This document shows positions 10,745 to 20,918 of a stretch of DNA of 64,000 nucleotides, one piece after another (the stretch's first letter is position 1; each line of letters begins with the position of its first letter). Made by a program: the position numbers and the translations under genes. The stretch comes from Candidatus Latescibacterota bacterium (GTDB lineage Bacteria > Latescibacterota > UBA2968 > GCA-2709665), in the NCBI GenBank assembly GCA_965116875.1, contig OZ220733.1, forward strand, positions 1,632,001-1,696,000, given 5' to 3'. The notes under the pieces are model-generated. The model had not been told where the DNA came from and did not search any database. It was given only the letters and a program-made list of their open reading frames with translations.

Positions 10745-10862
10745 ATGCGTGCCCTGGAACCGGGACGAATATACCGGATTCTCAGGCGTCGTTTTTCGTA
10801 TAATTCGTATAAAATATTGATTTCTATGGGTATATATGATTCTCAAGTTCGGATCGGTGTTT

Positions 10863-10879
10863 CTGGCACGGGGCTTGCG
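10863..10879 (+). promoter_or_regulatory. Sigma54 (-24/-12) promoter of hsp20
   Basis: ctggcacggggcttgcg matches YTGGCACG-N4-TTGC. Confidence 0.8.
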
Positions 10880-10980
10880 AAGGGTTATTGGCACAGGCTC
10901 GAGGGTGAGCAGAAAGTTCTCGAGAACCTCAACAACAGTCAATCGTCGGGGAAACAACCCATCAAAAGGAGGATTCAACC

Positions 10981-11415
10981 ATGACACTCACCCGGTGGCA
11001 ACCCAGGCGGCGCTTCGGACTCGTGCCCGAGATCGATCGGTTCTTCGACAGCTTCTGGAGAGGTCCGCAACACGATCTCCCGGTCCTGTCCACGTGGAGT
11101 CCGGCGACGGACGTGCAGGAGACCGACAAGGAACTGCTGGTTCACGTGGAGCTTCCCGGCCTGTCCAAGAATGACATCAAGGTCAACATGGACAACGGCG
11201 TACTGAGCGTCCAGGGCGAGAAGCAGCACGCGTCCGAGGAGAAGGAGAACCGGTACCACGTGTCCGAGCGGACCTACGGCCGATTCGCCCGGTCGTTCAC
11301 GCTCCCGTCCGAAGTGGACGCGGAGAAGATCAAGGCCGGATTCGAGAACGGCGTGCTCACGCTGACGCTTCCGAAGGTGAAGGCGGCCACGCCGCAGGCG
11401 ATCGAGATCGCGTGA
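10981..11415 (+). CDS. Hsp20/alpha-crystallin small heat shock protein
   Basis: PATDVQET, VELPG, ERTYGRFARSFTLP, FENGVLTLTLPK; RBS aggagg. Confidence 0.95.
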   Translation: MTLTRWQPRRRFGLVPEIDRFFDSFWRGPQHDLPVLSTWSPATDVQETDKELLVHVELPGLSKNDIKVNMDNGVLSVQGEKQHASEEKENRYHVSERTYGRFARSFTLPSEVDAEKIKAGFENGVLTLTLPKVKAATPQAIEIA

Positions 11416-11434
11416 TCAGGTGTCACATCGCCAC

Positions 11435-11475
11435 AGAAAAAGAGACCGACGGAAAAACTGTCGGTCTCTTTTTCT
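11435..11475. terminator. Bidirectional intrinsic terminator
   Basis: Perfect stem agaaaaagagaccgac...gtcggtctctttttct with A/T tails. Confidence 0.85.
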
Positions 11476-11478
11476 TGT

Positions 11479-12178
11479 AGCCGTCAGCTATCAGCTCTCA
11501 GCCGTCAGCCAAAACCAAAGGCAAGAGCAACCCCTCCACCCAGCGCCGACCTCTCTCCCCGACCCTCTCTCCCACCGGGAGAGAGGGAGGAAAACAGGTT
11601 TCGCGTGCCGGTCAAGGTTTCTTCTGGCGCCGAAGGCAAGGAGGAAAAACATAGCGGGCGAGGATTTCTTCTACCGTCTACCCTCTTCCGTCTCCCCGCA
11701 TTCGGGCAACCACGAGGGTTGCCCCTACATAAACAACAACCGGGTTTCGAGGGCAGGATGCCCTCGCTCCCGGGGGACCTGCCACGACCCCTCGGAGGGA
11801 GCCATCAACCGAAAGCGAACCCCTCCACCCAGCCCCGACCTCTCTCCAGGGCCCCTCAGACAAAGCTGTCAGCTATCAGTTCTCAGCCGTCAGCCAAGAT
11901 CAAGAACAGAAAGCAAGATCAAAAGCAACCCTTCCACCCGGCACCGACCTCTCTCCCCGGCCCTCTCTCCTAAAGGAAAGAGGGAGGAAAGGCACACGTC
12001 GCGTGCCGGTCAAGGTTTCTTCTCGTGCCGGAGGCAAGGAGGAAAAACATACCGGGCAAGGATTTCTTCTACCGTCTCCCCTCTAACGTCTCCCCGCATT
12101 CGGGCAACCACAAGGGTTGCCCCTACATTGACAACGACCGCGTTCCGAGGGCAGGATGCCCTCGCTCCCGGGGGACCA
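11479..12178 (+). repeat. Mosaic intergenic repeat (two tandem units)
   Basis: TCAGC heptamer run, ccctctc...gagaggg hairpin, cgcgtgccggt linker, ctaccgt heptamers, GTAG REP and GGAG REP; the unit occurs twice. Confidence 0.85.
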
Positions 12179-12182
12179 TCCG

Positions 12183-12512
12183 TCAGGGCTCGAGGTCCAG
12201 TGCGACGGCGAGGGCGTTGTTCATCGCGCGGATCTTTCTCGGAGGAAGGGTTCCGATAAAATGCGTCAACCCGGACTTCGGAATGCTGATCAACTGGTCG
12301 CAGAAAATGCTGCTGTCATGCTTGAGGCCTTCGCCCACCCCCACGGGTACCTGCGTGGAAAGTCCGTCGTATGAGGAAAAGACCGGCGCGCAGATGACGC
12401 TCGAGAACCTGGAGTCAATCAGCGCCTGGCGGCTGACGACCACGAACACGCGGTAGTCCCGCGGATCTTCGCGCGACCCCCGGTAGACCCTAAAAAGTTC
12501 ACCGCGCGTCAC
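12183..12512 (-). CDS. mazF: PemK/MazF family toxin
   Basis: [46 protein letters not shown]. Confidence 0.9.
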   Translation of the reverse strand: MTRGELFRVYRGSREDPRDYRVFVVVSRQALIDSRFSSVICAPVFSSYDGLSTQVPVGVGEGLKHDSSIFCDQLISIPKSGLTHFIGTLPPRKIRAMNNALAVALDLEP

Positions 12513-12748
12513 AGGTCGACCTGGTAAGAATGCACGTCCTTCGCCTCGTCATTCAACGCCGACGCCTTCCGGTCCAGAATTTCCGTATCTCGCGAATCCC
12601 GGATCCGACGTCTCAACAGAGCGACGTATTGTCTCAATGCTGCTTCCAGGAACGCGGACCGGTTCTTGGGCGTATCGGGCGCCTTCAGCAGGTTGTCCAT
12701 GTCCCGGACCAGCCCTTCGGACAGGGTAATGGAGGTTTTTATCTTCAT
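12509..12748 (-). CDS. Ribbon-helix-helix antitoxin
   Basis: [10 protein letters not shown]...[11 protein letters not shown] (RHH pattern); 4-bp overlap with the toxin gene. Confidence 0.85.
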   Translation of the reverse strand: MKIKTSITLSEGLVRDMDNLLKAPDTPKNRSAFLEAALRQYVALLRRRIRDSRDTEILDRKASALNDEAKDVHSYQVDL

Positions 12749-12795
12749 TCGGTCGTCCTCCAGGAAATGCGGAAAGTAGTGTGATTGTCTTATTA

Positions 12796-12824
12796 AAAGT
12801 AGGATACATGGATGTGATTGTCAA
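12796..12824 (-). promoter_or_regulatory. Sigma70 promoter of the MazF-type TA operon
   Basis: TTGACA-17-TACTTT on the minus strand; gtgattgtc repeated at 12781 and 12814 may be operator sites. Confidence 0.65.
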
Positions 12825-12827
12825 ATG

Positions 12828-13069
12828 AAGCTGTCAGCTATCAGCCGTCAGCCAAGATCAAGAACAAAAGGCGAAATCAAAAGCAACCCTTCCACCCGGC
12901 CCCGACCTCTCTCCCCGGCCCTCTCTCCTAAAGGAAAGAGGGGGAAAGGCCAGGTTTCGCGTGCCGGTCAAGGTTTCTTCTGGCGCCGCAGGCAATGAGG
13001 GACAAAACGTCGGGCAAGGATTTCTTCTCCCGTCTCCCCTCTACCGTCTCCCCGCCTTTCTTCTACCGT
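12828..13069 (+). repeat. Mosaic intergenic repeat
   Basis: Direct copy of 11863..12096 with the same module order. Confidence 0.85.
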
Positions 13070-14047
13070 CTACCCGGTTTTTACCGCCGGTCGCATGGCG
13101 TCGATGTCCTCCGGTCCGGTCGCGCAGCAGCCACCGATGATCTGCGCGCCCATGGCCTTCCATTCCCTTGCGAAATCGGCAAGGCTCTCGGACGTGTAGT
13201 CGCCCCGCTGCAGGATTTCGCCCGGCTCGTCGGCGGATTCTTCGCCCTCCGCGGGCCCCAGCGGCGCGAGCGGACGGTATCCGATATTGGGATACGCGCC
13301 CACGCAACCGTCAAACGCCTCCCTGAGGCAGGGAAGTCCGGCCGAGACCTGCTCCGGCGGGGTGCACATGATCAGCACGCCGGCGACACCGCTCCCCTCG
13401 AGGGCCGTTGCGAGGTCCTCGAGACGTTCCTCGTATTGCATGTTGCCGTCGTCCCGGATATGCCGTACACCCAGAAAGACGGGCAGGCCGGTCTCGGCGC
13501 CCGCTTCCGCGGCAGCAACGCAGTCGGCGATATAACCCACGTATTCCACCCACACCGCATCCACGCCCACCCCGGCCAGCAGCTTCGCGTGATCCAGAAT
13601 CTCACCGCGGTAGGCTTCCTCTCCCAGGATGTCACAGTCCGACGCGGTTCCGCCAACCCGCCTCTGGACACACGGCGGCGCAATACCGCCGGCCACAAAC
13701 GCATCCGGATTCACGGTATCGCGAGCAGTGATCGCGTTTTCACCCGCGGCTCCCGCGTACGTCTCCCACCTGTCGCCCAGTCCGATGGGTTCCAGCCGCG
13801 TGGGGCTCGTCCAGAAATTGTTGCTGATGATGATATCGGCGCCGGCGCGCAGGTAGTCCCCGTGGACCTCGCGGACGACGTCCGGCGCGTCTATATTGGC
13901 CGTGGCGGACCAGGCCCCGAGGCCGCCCTCGGCCGTGGCGCCTTTCAACACGTCGACGTCTCGCCGTTGAATTTCAGACCCGGTCCCGCCGTCCAGAAGC
14001 AACGTGTCTCCGCTCGAGATCCGTTCGAGAAGTCCTTTTGAAGACAT
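13070..14047 (-). CDS. Homocysteine S-methyltransferase family protein
   Basis: LLDGGTGSE, VREVHGDYLRAGADII, IMC and GGCC Zn ligands. Start placed at MSSKG with RBS aggagg; the longer ORF runs into repeat DNA. Confidence 0.88.
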   Translation of the reverse strand: MSSKGLLERISSGDTLLLDGGTGSEIQRRDVDVLKGATAEGGLGAWSATANIDAPDVVREVHGDYLRAGADIIISNNFWTSPTRLEPIGLGDRWETYAGAAGENAITARDTVNPDAFVAGGIAPPCVQRRVGGTASDCDILGEEAYRGEILDHAKLLAGVGVDAVWVEYVGYIADCVAAAEAGAETGLPVFLGVRHIRDDGNMQYEERLEDLATALEGSGVAGVLIMCTPPEQVSAGLPCLREAFDGCVGAYPNIGYRPLAPLGPAEGEESADEPGEILQRGDYTSESLADFAREWKAMGAQIIGGCCATGPEDIDAMRPAVKTG

Positions 14048-14064
14048 TGATACCTCCTTAATAA

Positions 14065-14580
14065 ACCGGGTAGACGTTAGACGGGAGAGGGGAGAGATCG
14101 GATGCCGTAAAGGGATTCTTCTCATGCCGCAGGCAAGTCGGAGGAACAAATCGGCAAGGATTTCTTCTCCCTCACCTCTTCCGTCTACCCGCATTCGGGC
14201 AACCACAAGGGTCGCCCCTACATTGACAACGACGGCGTTCCGAGGGCAGGATGCCCTCGCTCCGCGGGGACCTGCCACGGCCCCTTCGGAGGGAACCATC
14301 AACCAAAAGCAAACCCCTCCACCCAGCAGACCTCTCTCCCCGGCCCTCTCTCCTAAAGGAAAGAGGGGGAAAGGCCAGGTTTCGCGTGCCGGTTATTGAT
14401 AGACATTCTGATTGACAAGGAAACGCCCCCGGTTTTCCGCTCTCCTCAGCAATCCGCTTCCATTCGATTCTTGCGAGCGTTCGATTGCAGAAGTGACAGA
14501 CGTCAAAGTTACCGCTACTTCTTCCTTTTTCCTTCTTCCTTTTTCCTTCTTCCTTCAGGAAGGGGGTCAGGGGGTAGGTC
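14065..14580 (+). repeat. Mosaic intergenic repeat (contains an empty MITE site)
   Basis: Same modules as 11479..12178 and 28530..29760. Confidence 0.85.
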
Positions 14581-15847
14581 AAGAAGGGGTAGTTCTCGCC
14601 CGATCTGACTCCGGCAGGGTGAATCGCACCGTATCGAACCGGCGCGCGAGCGCGATCGCCCGTTTCCTTGCGCCATCCGGATCCCGTTTGCTCACCACGT
14701 CCAGGATGCAGCCAACGATTTCCGGGGCATCCGTCTCCGTCATGCCGTAACGTGTCACTTCCTGTACGCCGATGCGCAGGCCGTGTTTTCCCATCTCCCG
14801 GGGCGCGCCGGCCGCGTTGATCAGGATATGGCAGGCTTCCAGCTGCCTGACCAGCGCACCGCTTTCGCCGAACGCGTCCACAACCGGCAGCACCGTGTGA
14901 GATTCCGTAAAGCCCCGGTCCGCGCCCACCACCGGCACGCCCTGTTCCTGAAACGCCCGGCCCAGCGCTTTGGCGTTGCCGACGATCGCATCGGCGTGCG
15001 CCTCACCGCACGCCATCCACTCCAGGAACGTACCGGCGAGCGACGGCAGCCGGCTGAGGTGATGGTTGGCAATCATCAGCGGCGATATCGCCCTCGCGAT
15101 CCGTTCCGCGACGTCCCTGTCGTTGGTCAGAATCATACCCCCCTGCGGACCGGCCAGCGTTTTGTGGGTACTGGTGATGATTACGTCCGCGCCTTCCTTG
15201 AGGGGAGACTGGAACCGTCCTCCGGCGATGAGTCCCATCACGTGGGCCGCGTCGTAGACGAGGAACGAACCCGGACTGTACCGGTCCATCGCGACCCGCA
15301 GTTCCCGCACGGGCTGGGGAAAGATGAAATGCGCCGATCCAATGCTGACCAGCCCGGGGCGATGCTCCCGGATCAGCGAAACCGTTCGCTCCAGGTCGAT
15401 ATTGGCGTTCATTTCGTCCCACGGGATGGGAATCGACTTCAGTTCCACTTTCAAGTCCGAGTTCGCCAGCTTTGCGGCGTACATGTGCCCGTTATGCACC
15501 TCCAGCACGGCATCTCCCGGGCGTGCAAGCGCGAACAACGCGATGATGCCCGCGATATTGCCCGACAACGGCCGCAAGTCCACGTACGCCGCCCCGAAGA
15601 GCCGCTTCGCCAACTCCTGCGCAACCTCCTCCATCCGTGTGAGATACGCATTTCCCGGATACCCCCGGTTCCGCGGATCGATGCCGGTATACGACCCGTA
15701 CCTGTGGTCCAGGTCGTTTACGATCAGCCGCTCCACAAGCGGACTGGGCCTGGTTTCCGAGGCGATCAGGTTCAGACAGTCTTCGCGAAACGCCGTATGT
15801 TTCTCAATCAGCGAATCGATTTCCGCGATTTTACTCTTATAGTCCAT
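14579..15847 (-). CDS. glyA: Serine hydroxymethyltransferase-family PLP enzyme (divergent)
   Basis: LNLIASE, PLSG..A, YDAAHVMGLIAGG, TSTHKTLAGPQGG (PLP lysine), GLRIGVQEVTR.GM. Confidence 0.8.
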   Translation of the reverse strand: MDYKSKIAEIDSLIEKHTAFREDCLNLIASETRPSPLVERLIVNDLDHRYGSYTGIDPRNRGYPGNAYLTRMEEVAQELAKRLFGAAYVDLRPLSGNIAGIIALFALARPGDAVLEVHNGHMYAAKLANSDLKVELKSIPIPWDEMNANIDLERTVSLIREHRPGLVSIGSAHFIFPQPVRELRVAMDRYSPGSFLVYDAAHVMGLIAGGRFQSPLKEGADVIITSTHKTLAGPQGGMILTNDRDVAERIARAISPLMIANHHLSRLPSLAGTFLEWMACGEAHADAIVGNAKALGRAFQEQGVPVVGADRGFTESHTVLPVVDAFGESGALVRQLEACHILINAAGAPREMGKHGLRIGVQEVTRYGMTETDAPEIVGCILDVVSKRDPDGARKRAIALARRFDTVRFTLPESDRARTTPS

Positions 15848-15872
15848 CAGGAAATTCCTTCTGCCCCGCGTC

Positions 15873-16919
15873 TCAATTGAACGCATCGATCAGGTCGACT
15901 TCACGATAAAGGAGCGCCCGCGCGAAAGCGCCCTCTCCCCGGTAGTCGGATGCGTTCCACGCCCTGGGCGCGCTGTAATAAGCCGTTATGAGCCGGTCCC
16001 CCAGCCTGACCGTGGAGGGATAGCCCAGGTCGCTGTCCCCCAGATCGTCGCACACGATCATCGGACCGCTCCAGGTCCGCCCCGCGTCTCTGCTCACCCG
16101 GGCCTGGACGCCGAAAGGTTCGCGGCGGACGCCATACACCATCAGAATCCAGTCGTTGGACAGCAGCGTGAGGTCCGCCGGATGTTCACGCTCCCTGGTC
16201 ACCTCCGAGGGCGCGTCCCAGGCGTACCCTCCATCCGTGGATCGGGACACCGAGACCAGGCCGCCACGGTCATCCGAACGCATCGCAGCCAGAAGGACGC
16301 CGTCAGACGTCAGGAGCAGGGCTGTTTCGTTATTCCCTTCCGCGATCAGCGACGGACGGTCCCACGTGCGGCCGCCGTCGTCGGAACGCAGAACATACGC
16401 GCAATCGCCCGCCTCCTCCCCGGAGCGGATATCGGAACCGTAGAGCGGCAGCAGCATCGTGCCGTCGGGAAGGTTGACGATGCGGCCGAACGCGGAGTGC
16501 TTTTTCATCGCCGGGAATCCGAGGGACCGATCGTCTTCCCAGCTTCGACCCCCGTCGCGCGACCGGACGATGCGCATCTCCACCCTTCGCAATTCCGGCA
16601 TCCAGCTTCCGTCGCCGCCGTAGGAGCCCTGGGCGTGGTACGCCAGCACGACCGTCCCGTCGGGCGCCACGCCAACCGCGGGATTCCGGTCGTCCGCGGG
16701 GGTATCGACGATCACAACCGGCGCTTCCCACGTACGCCCGCCGTCCGTCGAACGCATCGCCTCAAGCCGGCCGGTAACGCCAACGTGACCGGCGCCGGCG
16801 CGGATCACGGCCAGGACGTCCTCACCGCCCAAATTGGCGACCACGGGAAAATAGCCGCGGTCCCTGCAGAGAACCACCTCGGATGCTGAAGGAAACCGGC
16901 GGAAATCAATAGTTGCCAT
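15873..16919 (-). CDS. BNR/Asp-box sialidase-family protein
   Basis: Five S.DGG.(T/S)W-type Asp boxes; DLGYPS. Confidence 0.85.
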   Translation of the reverse strand: MATIDFRRFPSASEVVLCRDRGYFPVVANLGGEDVLAVIRAGAGHVGVTGRLEAMRSTDGGRTWEAPVVIVDTPADDRNPAVGVAPDGTVVLAYHAQGSYGGDGSWMPELRRVEMRIVRSRDGGRSWEDDRSLGFPAMKKHSAFGRIVNLPDGTMLLPLYGSDIRSGEEAGDCAYVLRSDDGGRTWDRPSLIAEGNNETALLLTSDGVLLAAMRSDDRGGLVSVSRSTDGGYAWDAPSEVTREREHPADLTLLSNDWILMVYGVRREPFGVQARVSRDAGRTWSGPMIVCDDLGDSDLGYPSTVRLGDRLITAYYSAPRAWNASDYRGEGAFARALLYREVDLIDAFN

Positions 16920-16939
16920 GAGAAATCCTTTCCATGCGG

Positions 16940-17160
16940 TTAGAGGGGAGAGGTGAGACGGGAGAGGGGAGAGATTGGATGCCGTAAAGGGATTCTTCTG
17001 ATGCCGCAGGCAAGTCGGAGGAACAAATCGGCAAGGATTTCTTCTCCCGTCTCACCTCTCCCGTCTCCCCACCTTCGGGCAACCACGAGGGTTGCCCCTA
17101 CATGGACAACGACGGCGTTCCGAGGGCAGAAAGCCCTCGCTCCACGGGGACCTGCTACGG
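16940..17160 (+). repeat. Mosaic intergenic repeat
   Basis: Near copy of 14075..14283. Confidence 0.85.
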
Positions 17161-17184
17161 CCCCCCCGGTCCCGCGCGGGGACT

Positions 17185-20100
17185 TTACATACTCCACACA
17201 TGCGGAATCCGCCAGGTGTCCCCCGGTGCGACGTCGTAAATGTAGAACGGTTTTCCGGAAAACGCCCCCGCATGGCCGGGATCGGCGAGCGTGAGCCTGC
17301 CCTTCTCAGCCGATTTCAATCGCGGCCCGGTCTGACCGCGCGTGTGCGAAATCGTCTTTCCGTCAAACAAATCGCGCACCACCTCGAGCTTCAGCATCGG
17401 GGTGTCCGTCAGCAGCGTTGCGCCTTCCACCTTCGCGACCCGTCCTTCGCTGAGCAGCAGATCCATCTCTTCCAGCGCGATCAGATACCGGCCCTCGCCC
17501 GCATCCTCGATGCCCGTGATTTCGTATGACGAGTTGCAGATGTAATCGGGATGCGCGATGACCGCCGTCCGCCCCGTCAGCGAACCGTCCAGCGGAAGCG
17601 GGACCCGCGTGGAGACGACGATCCGGCGGCGGTCGATATCCACCGCGTGTACCTGTCCCGCCCATTCGCCGGGCCCCTCCATTTCAATCTCTCCGAAACG
17701 GAACGCCCTTCCGTTCACCACCTGCGCCCGCCGGATCGTGCCGCCCTCGCGTTCCACGAATGCCCAGTCTCCGTCGAACCGGAACGGCAAGCCGTCCACC
17801 TCGCCCTCCGTGACGCCATCCAGACCGAACAAGACATAGTGGATCCGCCTGCCGATCTCCACCCTCATGCCCGCGGTGCGTCCGCCCACCGGCAGCGGCG
17901 CAACCCCGTCGATATAGGGACTGCCCGAAAACGGCTCCAGAACGCCCGCGAACCGGTTTTCCTGCCCATGCAGTCCTGAACGCCGCACGATTACGTACCG
18001 GTCCCACGGGCTGTGGCCCTGCAGTCCCGTCCCCTCGGCGAGCCCGGTGATCACCTCTGAACCCGCCTCGCCGGTCATGTGCAGCCGGATGCCGGCGCCG
18101 TACTCTTCCGTCCGCCAGACTGCCGTCACCCCTCCGTCCGTGCGGGCCCTCGCCACGTCCTTCACCCAACCGTATCCGGGCGCCTCTCCAAACGGGACGC
18201 CGGGTCCGGCGAGGGTGCCCTCAGCCTGCCTATCGAGGGACGCGCCCCCGGACAATGCGATGTCGAACCGTTCCGCATTCGCCCCGGCCCAGCCGTGGAA
18301 GCCGTAGTCGTGTTCCGAACCCCCGGCTGTGCGAAACAGGTCGACCATGTAGGCCCGCTCGTCGTCCACCGGAACCAGCGCCACCGTCCGCCGGTACAGG
18401 CTCGCAAGGTCCGGATACGCCCGTTCGGCGGAGGCATCCGCAAGCCGCACCCACGGCCCGTCCACCAGCAGATTCAGGCTTCCCGTTGCGAACACCTGGT
18501 TTCCGCCGTCGATGACCGCTGTAAAATGGCTGGCCGTGTGCGTCTCCCATCCGTCCTTCTTCGGCGCCACCCAGCTTGGCGGATATCCCAGGTCCGCGGA
18601 CAGATCGTAACCGTACGCGATGATGTTCACCGCCAGCTTGTCCATATGCCCGTGGCCCCGGTTCCCCTTCCCGTAATTCAGCACCACGTGCCGGCGGCCG
18701 GCCTGTTCGCTCCCCGCACGCAGGATGCAGAAGCCCGAATCGTGCAACACGTCGCTCGCGCGCGATGTACGACCCGCCTGCACCGTCTCGCGCCACGGTT
18801 CGCAGTGGAACAGGAGATAGAGGTCGCCGTTTTTGCGCGCGGCGTCCGGGTCGCCGCCGGTACCCGCCAGAATCCGGCGCGCGTACCGGTCCCGCGCCTC
18901 CGGCAGACGCAGGTAGCCGATCTCGTCCTCCAGCGAATACGGCGTGCGCAACACGCTGTTCCGACCGCCGCCCGTGTCGCCGATCATGGGCACACGTCCG
19001 TCGCAGTCCACCGCGCTGGCGAATTCCATCATCTCCCGAAGCCGGAACTTCGGGTCGCGATACAGGTCAACCGGCGACGTGAAGCGGTCGCCATCCTGAA
19101 ACCCGAGGGTCCATTCGGCCGCGTTCAGCGCGCCCCGTACGTTGCCGGCGCCGTAGCCGATCGAGTCGTACCAGAACTTCCCGTCCCGGAAGAAGCTGTT
19201 GGACATCACGTTGTAGAGACCGGTCGGCGCATCGAGAGCCTGCCTGATCATCTCCCCGTTCTGAAGACACGCCCCCACCTCGAGCAGACAGTAGAGCGAC
19301 GACGTGAGGAAATCGCCGCCGGCGATGGGCAGCGTCCGGTCCAGAAACTCGTAGGCATACGCGAACAGGTTCCGGTGGATATTCAAGTTGATATCCCTTG
19401 ACGCCGCCGGTCCGTCCCTTCCGTTCCTGGCCTCGAAGAACCCCGCCAGGTCTTCGTCCTCTCCGATCGCCTCGAAGACGAGATCGTACGTCAACGCCAC
19501 GTTGTGCAGGAAGGACTGCTCCCGTCCGGACGCCTCCCCCACGTAGCCCCGGATCGGGTCCTTGCTCCGATCGTAGCCCTCGTACCCCTCCTTGATGCCT
19601 CGCAGCCTCCCGTACACGTCGGCCAGGCGGTTCAGCAGGATCCCCGCTTTGTGTGCATATTTCCGTTCCCCCGTAAAGACGTAGGCCAGCGCCAGCGCCT
19701 GGGAGGCGGGCCTTCCCTGGGGCCCCTCGCCCGTCTGGGGAGCGTAGGGATTGGAAAAAAGCCGGTAGAGCAGATAACATCGGTACGCGCCCACGAAATA
19801 GTAGGTGACGCCGGCGTTCGGAAACCCCTCGGGGGCCACCCACCCCGGTCCTTCGTCCAGCACCCGGACCGGCTCTCCCGTACCCGGATTCTCAACCTCG
19901 ATGCCATGGTACCACCACTCGCCGCCCAGATTGCACCGCCACTGGTACGGATGCAGGAGATCCCCTTCGAACGTGGACCGGTTGCCGCCGTGGATCGGGC
20001 ACCCGTCGTACTGGGCGACGGTCAACGCCATGGGATTCTGCGTGGGCACCATCGCGTAGAGCGTCTCATCCGAGAAGTCCGCCCAGAAGTCGGCGTCCCG

Positions 20101-20361
20101 CACGATCCGGTCCACCATGTCCCGTGCCCAGTCCAGCCGCTCCGCGTTCCGCCGCGCCCGTTCCAGGTCCTTGCGGTTGTAGATCCCCACCAGACCCTGC
20201 CGCTTGCCGACGCCGATCACGTCTTCGTGGAACCGCGAGGCGCGCGCGTACCGGTCCGGTTCGTGGTCCGGCAGCGGATCGCGGAGGTGCAGGTGTTCGT
20301 ACAACGCCCTCAGCGCCGGTTCATCCTCGACGACCTCTCCCTTTACTGGCATTCTGACCAC
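17185..20361 (-). CDS. Heparinase II/III-family polysaccharide lyase
   Basis: DGKFWYDSIGY, PMIGD, GHGHMDKL, DLGY, TASHFTAVIDG, YRRTVAL. Confidence 0.85.
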   Translation of the reverse strand: MVRMPVKGEVVEDEPALRALYEHLHLRDPLPDHEPDRYARASRFHEDVIGVGKRQGLVGIYNRKDLERARRNAERLDWARDMVDRIVRDADFWADFSDETLYAMVPTQNPMALTVAQYDGCPIHGGNRSTFEGDLLHPYQWRCNLGGEWWYHGIEVENPGTGEPVRVLDEGPGWVAPEGFPNAGVTYYFVGAYRCYLLYRLFSNPYAPQTGEGPQGRPASQALALAYVFTGERKYAHKAGILLNRLADVYGRLRGIKEGYEGYDRSKDPIRGYVGEASGREQSFLHNVALTYDLVFEAIGEDEDLAGFFEARNGRDGPAASRDINLNIHRNLFAYAYEFLDRTLPIAGGDFLTSSLYCLLEVGACLQNGEMIRQALDAPTGLYNVMSNSFFRDGKFWYDSIGYGAGNVRGALNAAEWTLGFQDGDRFTSPVDLYRDPKFRLREMMEFASAVDCDGRVPMIGDTGGGRNSVLRTPYSLEDEIGYLRLPEARDRYARRILAGTGGDPDAARKNGDLYLLFHCEPWRETVQAGRTSRASDVLHDSGFCILRAGSEQAGRRHVVLNYGKGNRGHGHMDKLAVNIIAYGYDLSADLGYPPSWVAPKKDGWETHTASHFTAVIDGGNQVFATGSLNLLVDGPWVRLADASAERAYPDLASLYRRTVALVPVDDERAYMVDLFRTAGGSEHDYGFHGWAGANAERFDIALSGGASLDRQAEGTLAGPGVPFGEAPGYGWVKDVARARTDGGVTAVWRTEEYGAGIRLHMTGEAGSEVITGLAEGTGLQGHSPWDRYVIVRRSGLHGQENRFAGVLEPFSGSPYIDGVAPLPVGGRTAGMRVEIGRRIHYVLFGLDGVTEGEVDGLPFRFDGDWAFVEREGGTIRRAQVVNGRAFRFGEIEMEGPGEWAGQVHAVDIDRRRIVVSTRVPLPLDGSLTGRTAVIAHPDYICNSSYEITGIEDAGEGRYLIALEEMDLLLSEGRVAKVEGATLLTDTPMLKLEVVRDLFDGKTISHTRGQTGPRLKSAEKGRLTLADPGHAGAFSGKPFYIYDVAPGDTWRIPHVWSM

Positions 20362-20495
20362 GTCGTCACCTCCATCCAGGGGCCCGAAAAAACACCGGCC
20401 CGAATCGGTTCCGTGCCTCCGATTGTGCTCTTCAGGGTGAAAGAAAACGTTTCAAAATCCAGGAACTTCCCGTTATTTTCTACGAACGACGCCTC

Positions 20496-20870
20496 CTCCC
20501 GGCCCCGCAGACCTCTCTCCCCGGCCCTCTCTCCTAAAGGAAAGAGGGAGAAAGGCCGGACGTCGCCTTGCCTGTATTCTATAGAGACTCTGATTGAAAG
20601 GAAATCGCCACCCCGGAACGTTTGCAAGCCCGGTACATCCACCCGTCACCGTTCCCCCTTCCTTCAGGAAGTGGACATGGGGTAGGTCCAAAAATCGGGA
20701 AGACGTTAGACGTTAGACGGGAGAGATTACCTGCCTTGAGAGGATTCTTCTCGTGCCGGAGGCCAGGAGGAATAACATACCCGGCGAGATTTCTTCTACC
20801 GTCTCACTTCTCCCGTCTCCCCGCATTTATTCTACCGTCTCCCCTCTTCCCTCTCCCCGCCTTTCGGCAA
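20496..20870 (+). repeat. Mosaic intergenic repeat
   Basis: cctctctccccggccctctctcctaaaggaaagaggg hairpin, ccttcaggaag module and heptamer runs. Confidence 0.8.
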
Positions 20871-20918
20871 CCTCTCAACCCGGTCCTTCGAAAAGTGATC
20901 CAGGAGACCGTTCAGACA

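Noticed and set aside
11420-12259. 279-aa ORF and similar ORFs over repeat blocks (28445..28969, 29085..29423, 30658..31002, 48508..49041)
   Set aside because: They are translations of mosaic repeat or MITE DNA, with low-complexity Pro/Ser/Arg composition and no RBS.
14048-14302. Long N-terminal extensions of ORFs 13070..14302, 20622..22004, 22231..23520, 44050..45780, 47416..48432, 51083..52126
   Set aside because: The extensions run through repeats, UTRs or opposite-strand genes; downstream starts have good RBSs and match family N-termini.
11479-14580. Mosaic repeats as a CRISPR array
   Set aside because: No constant repeat with unique equal-length spacers, and no cas genes.
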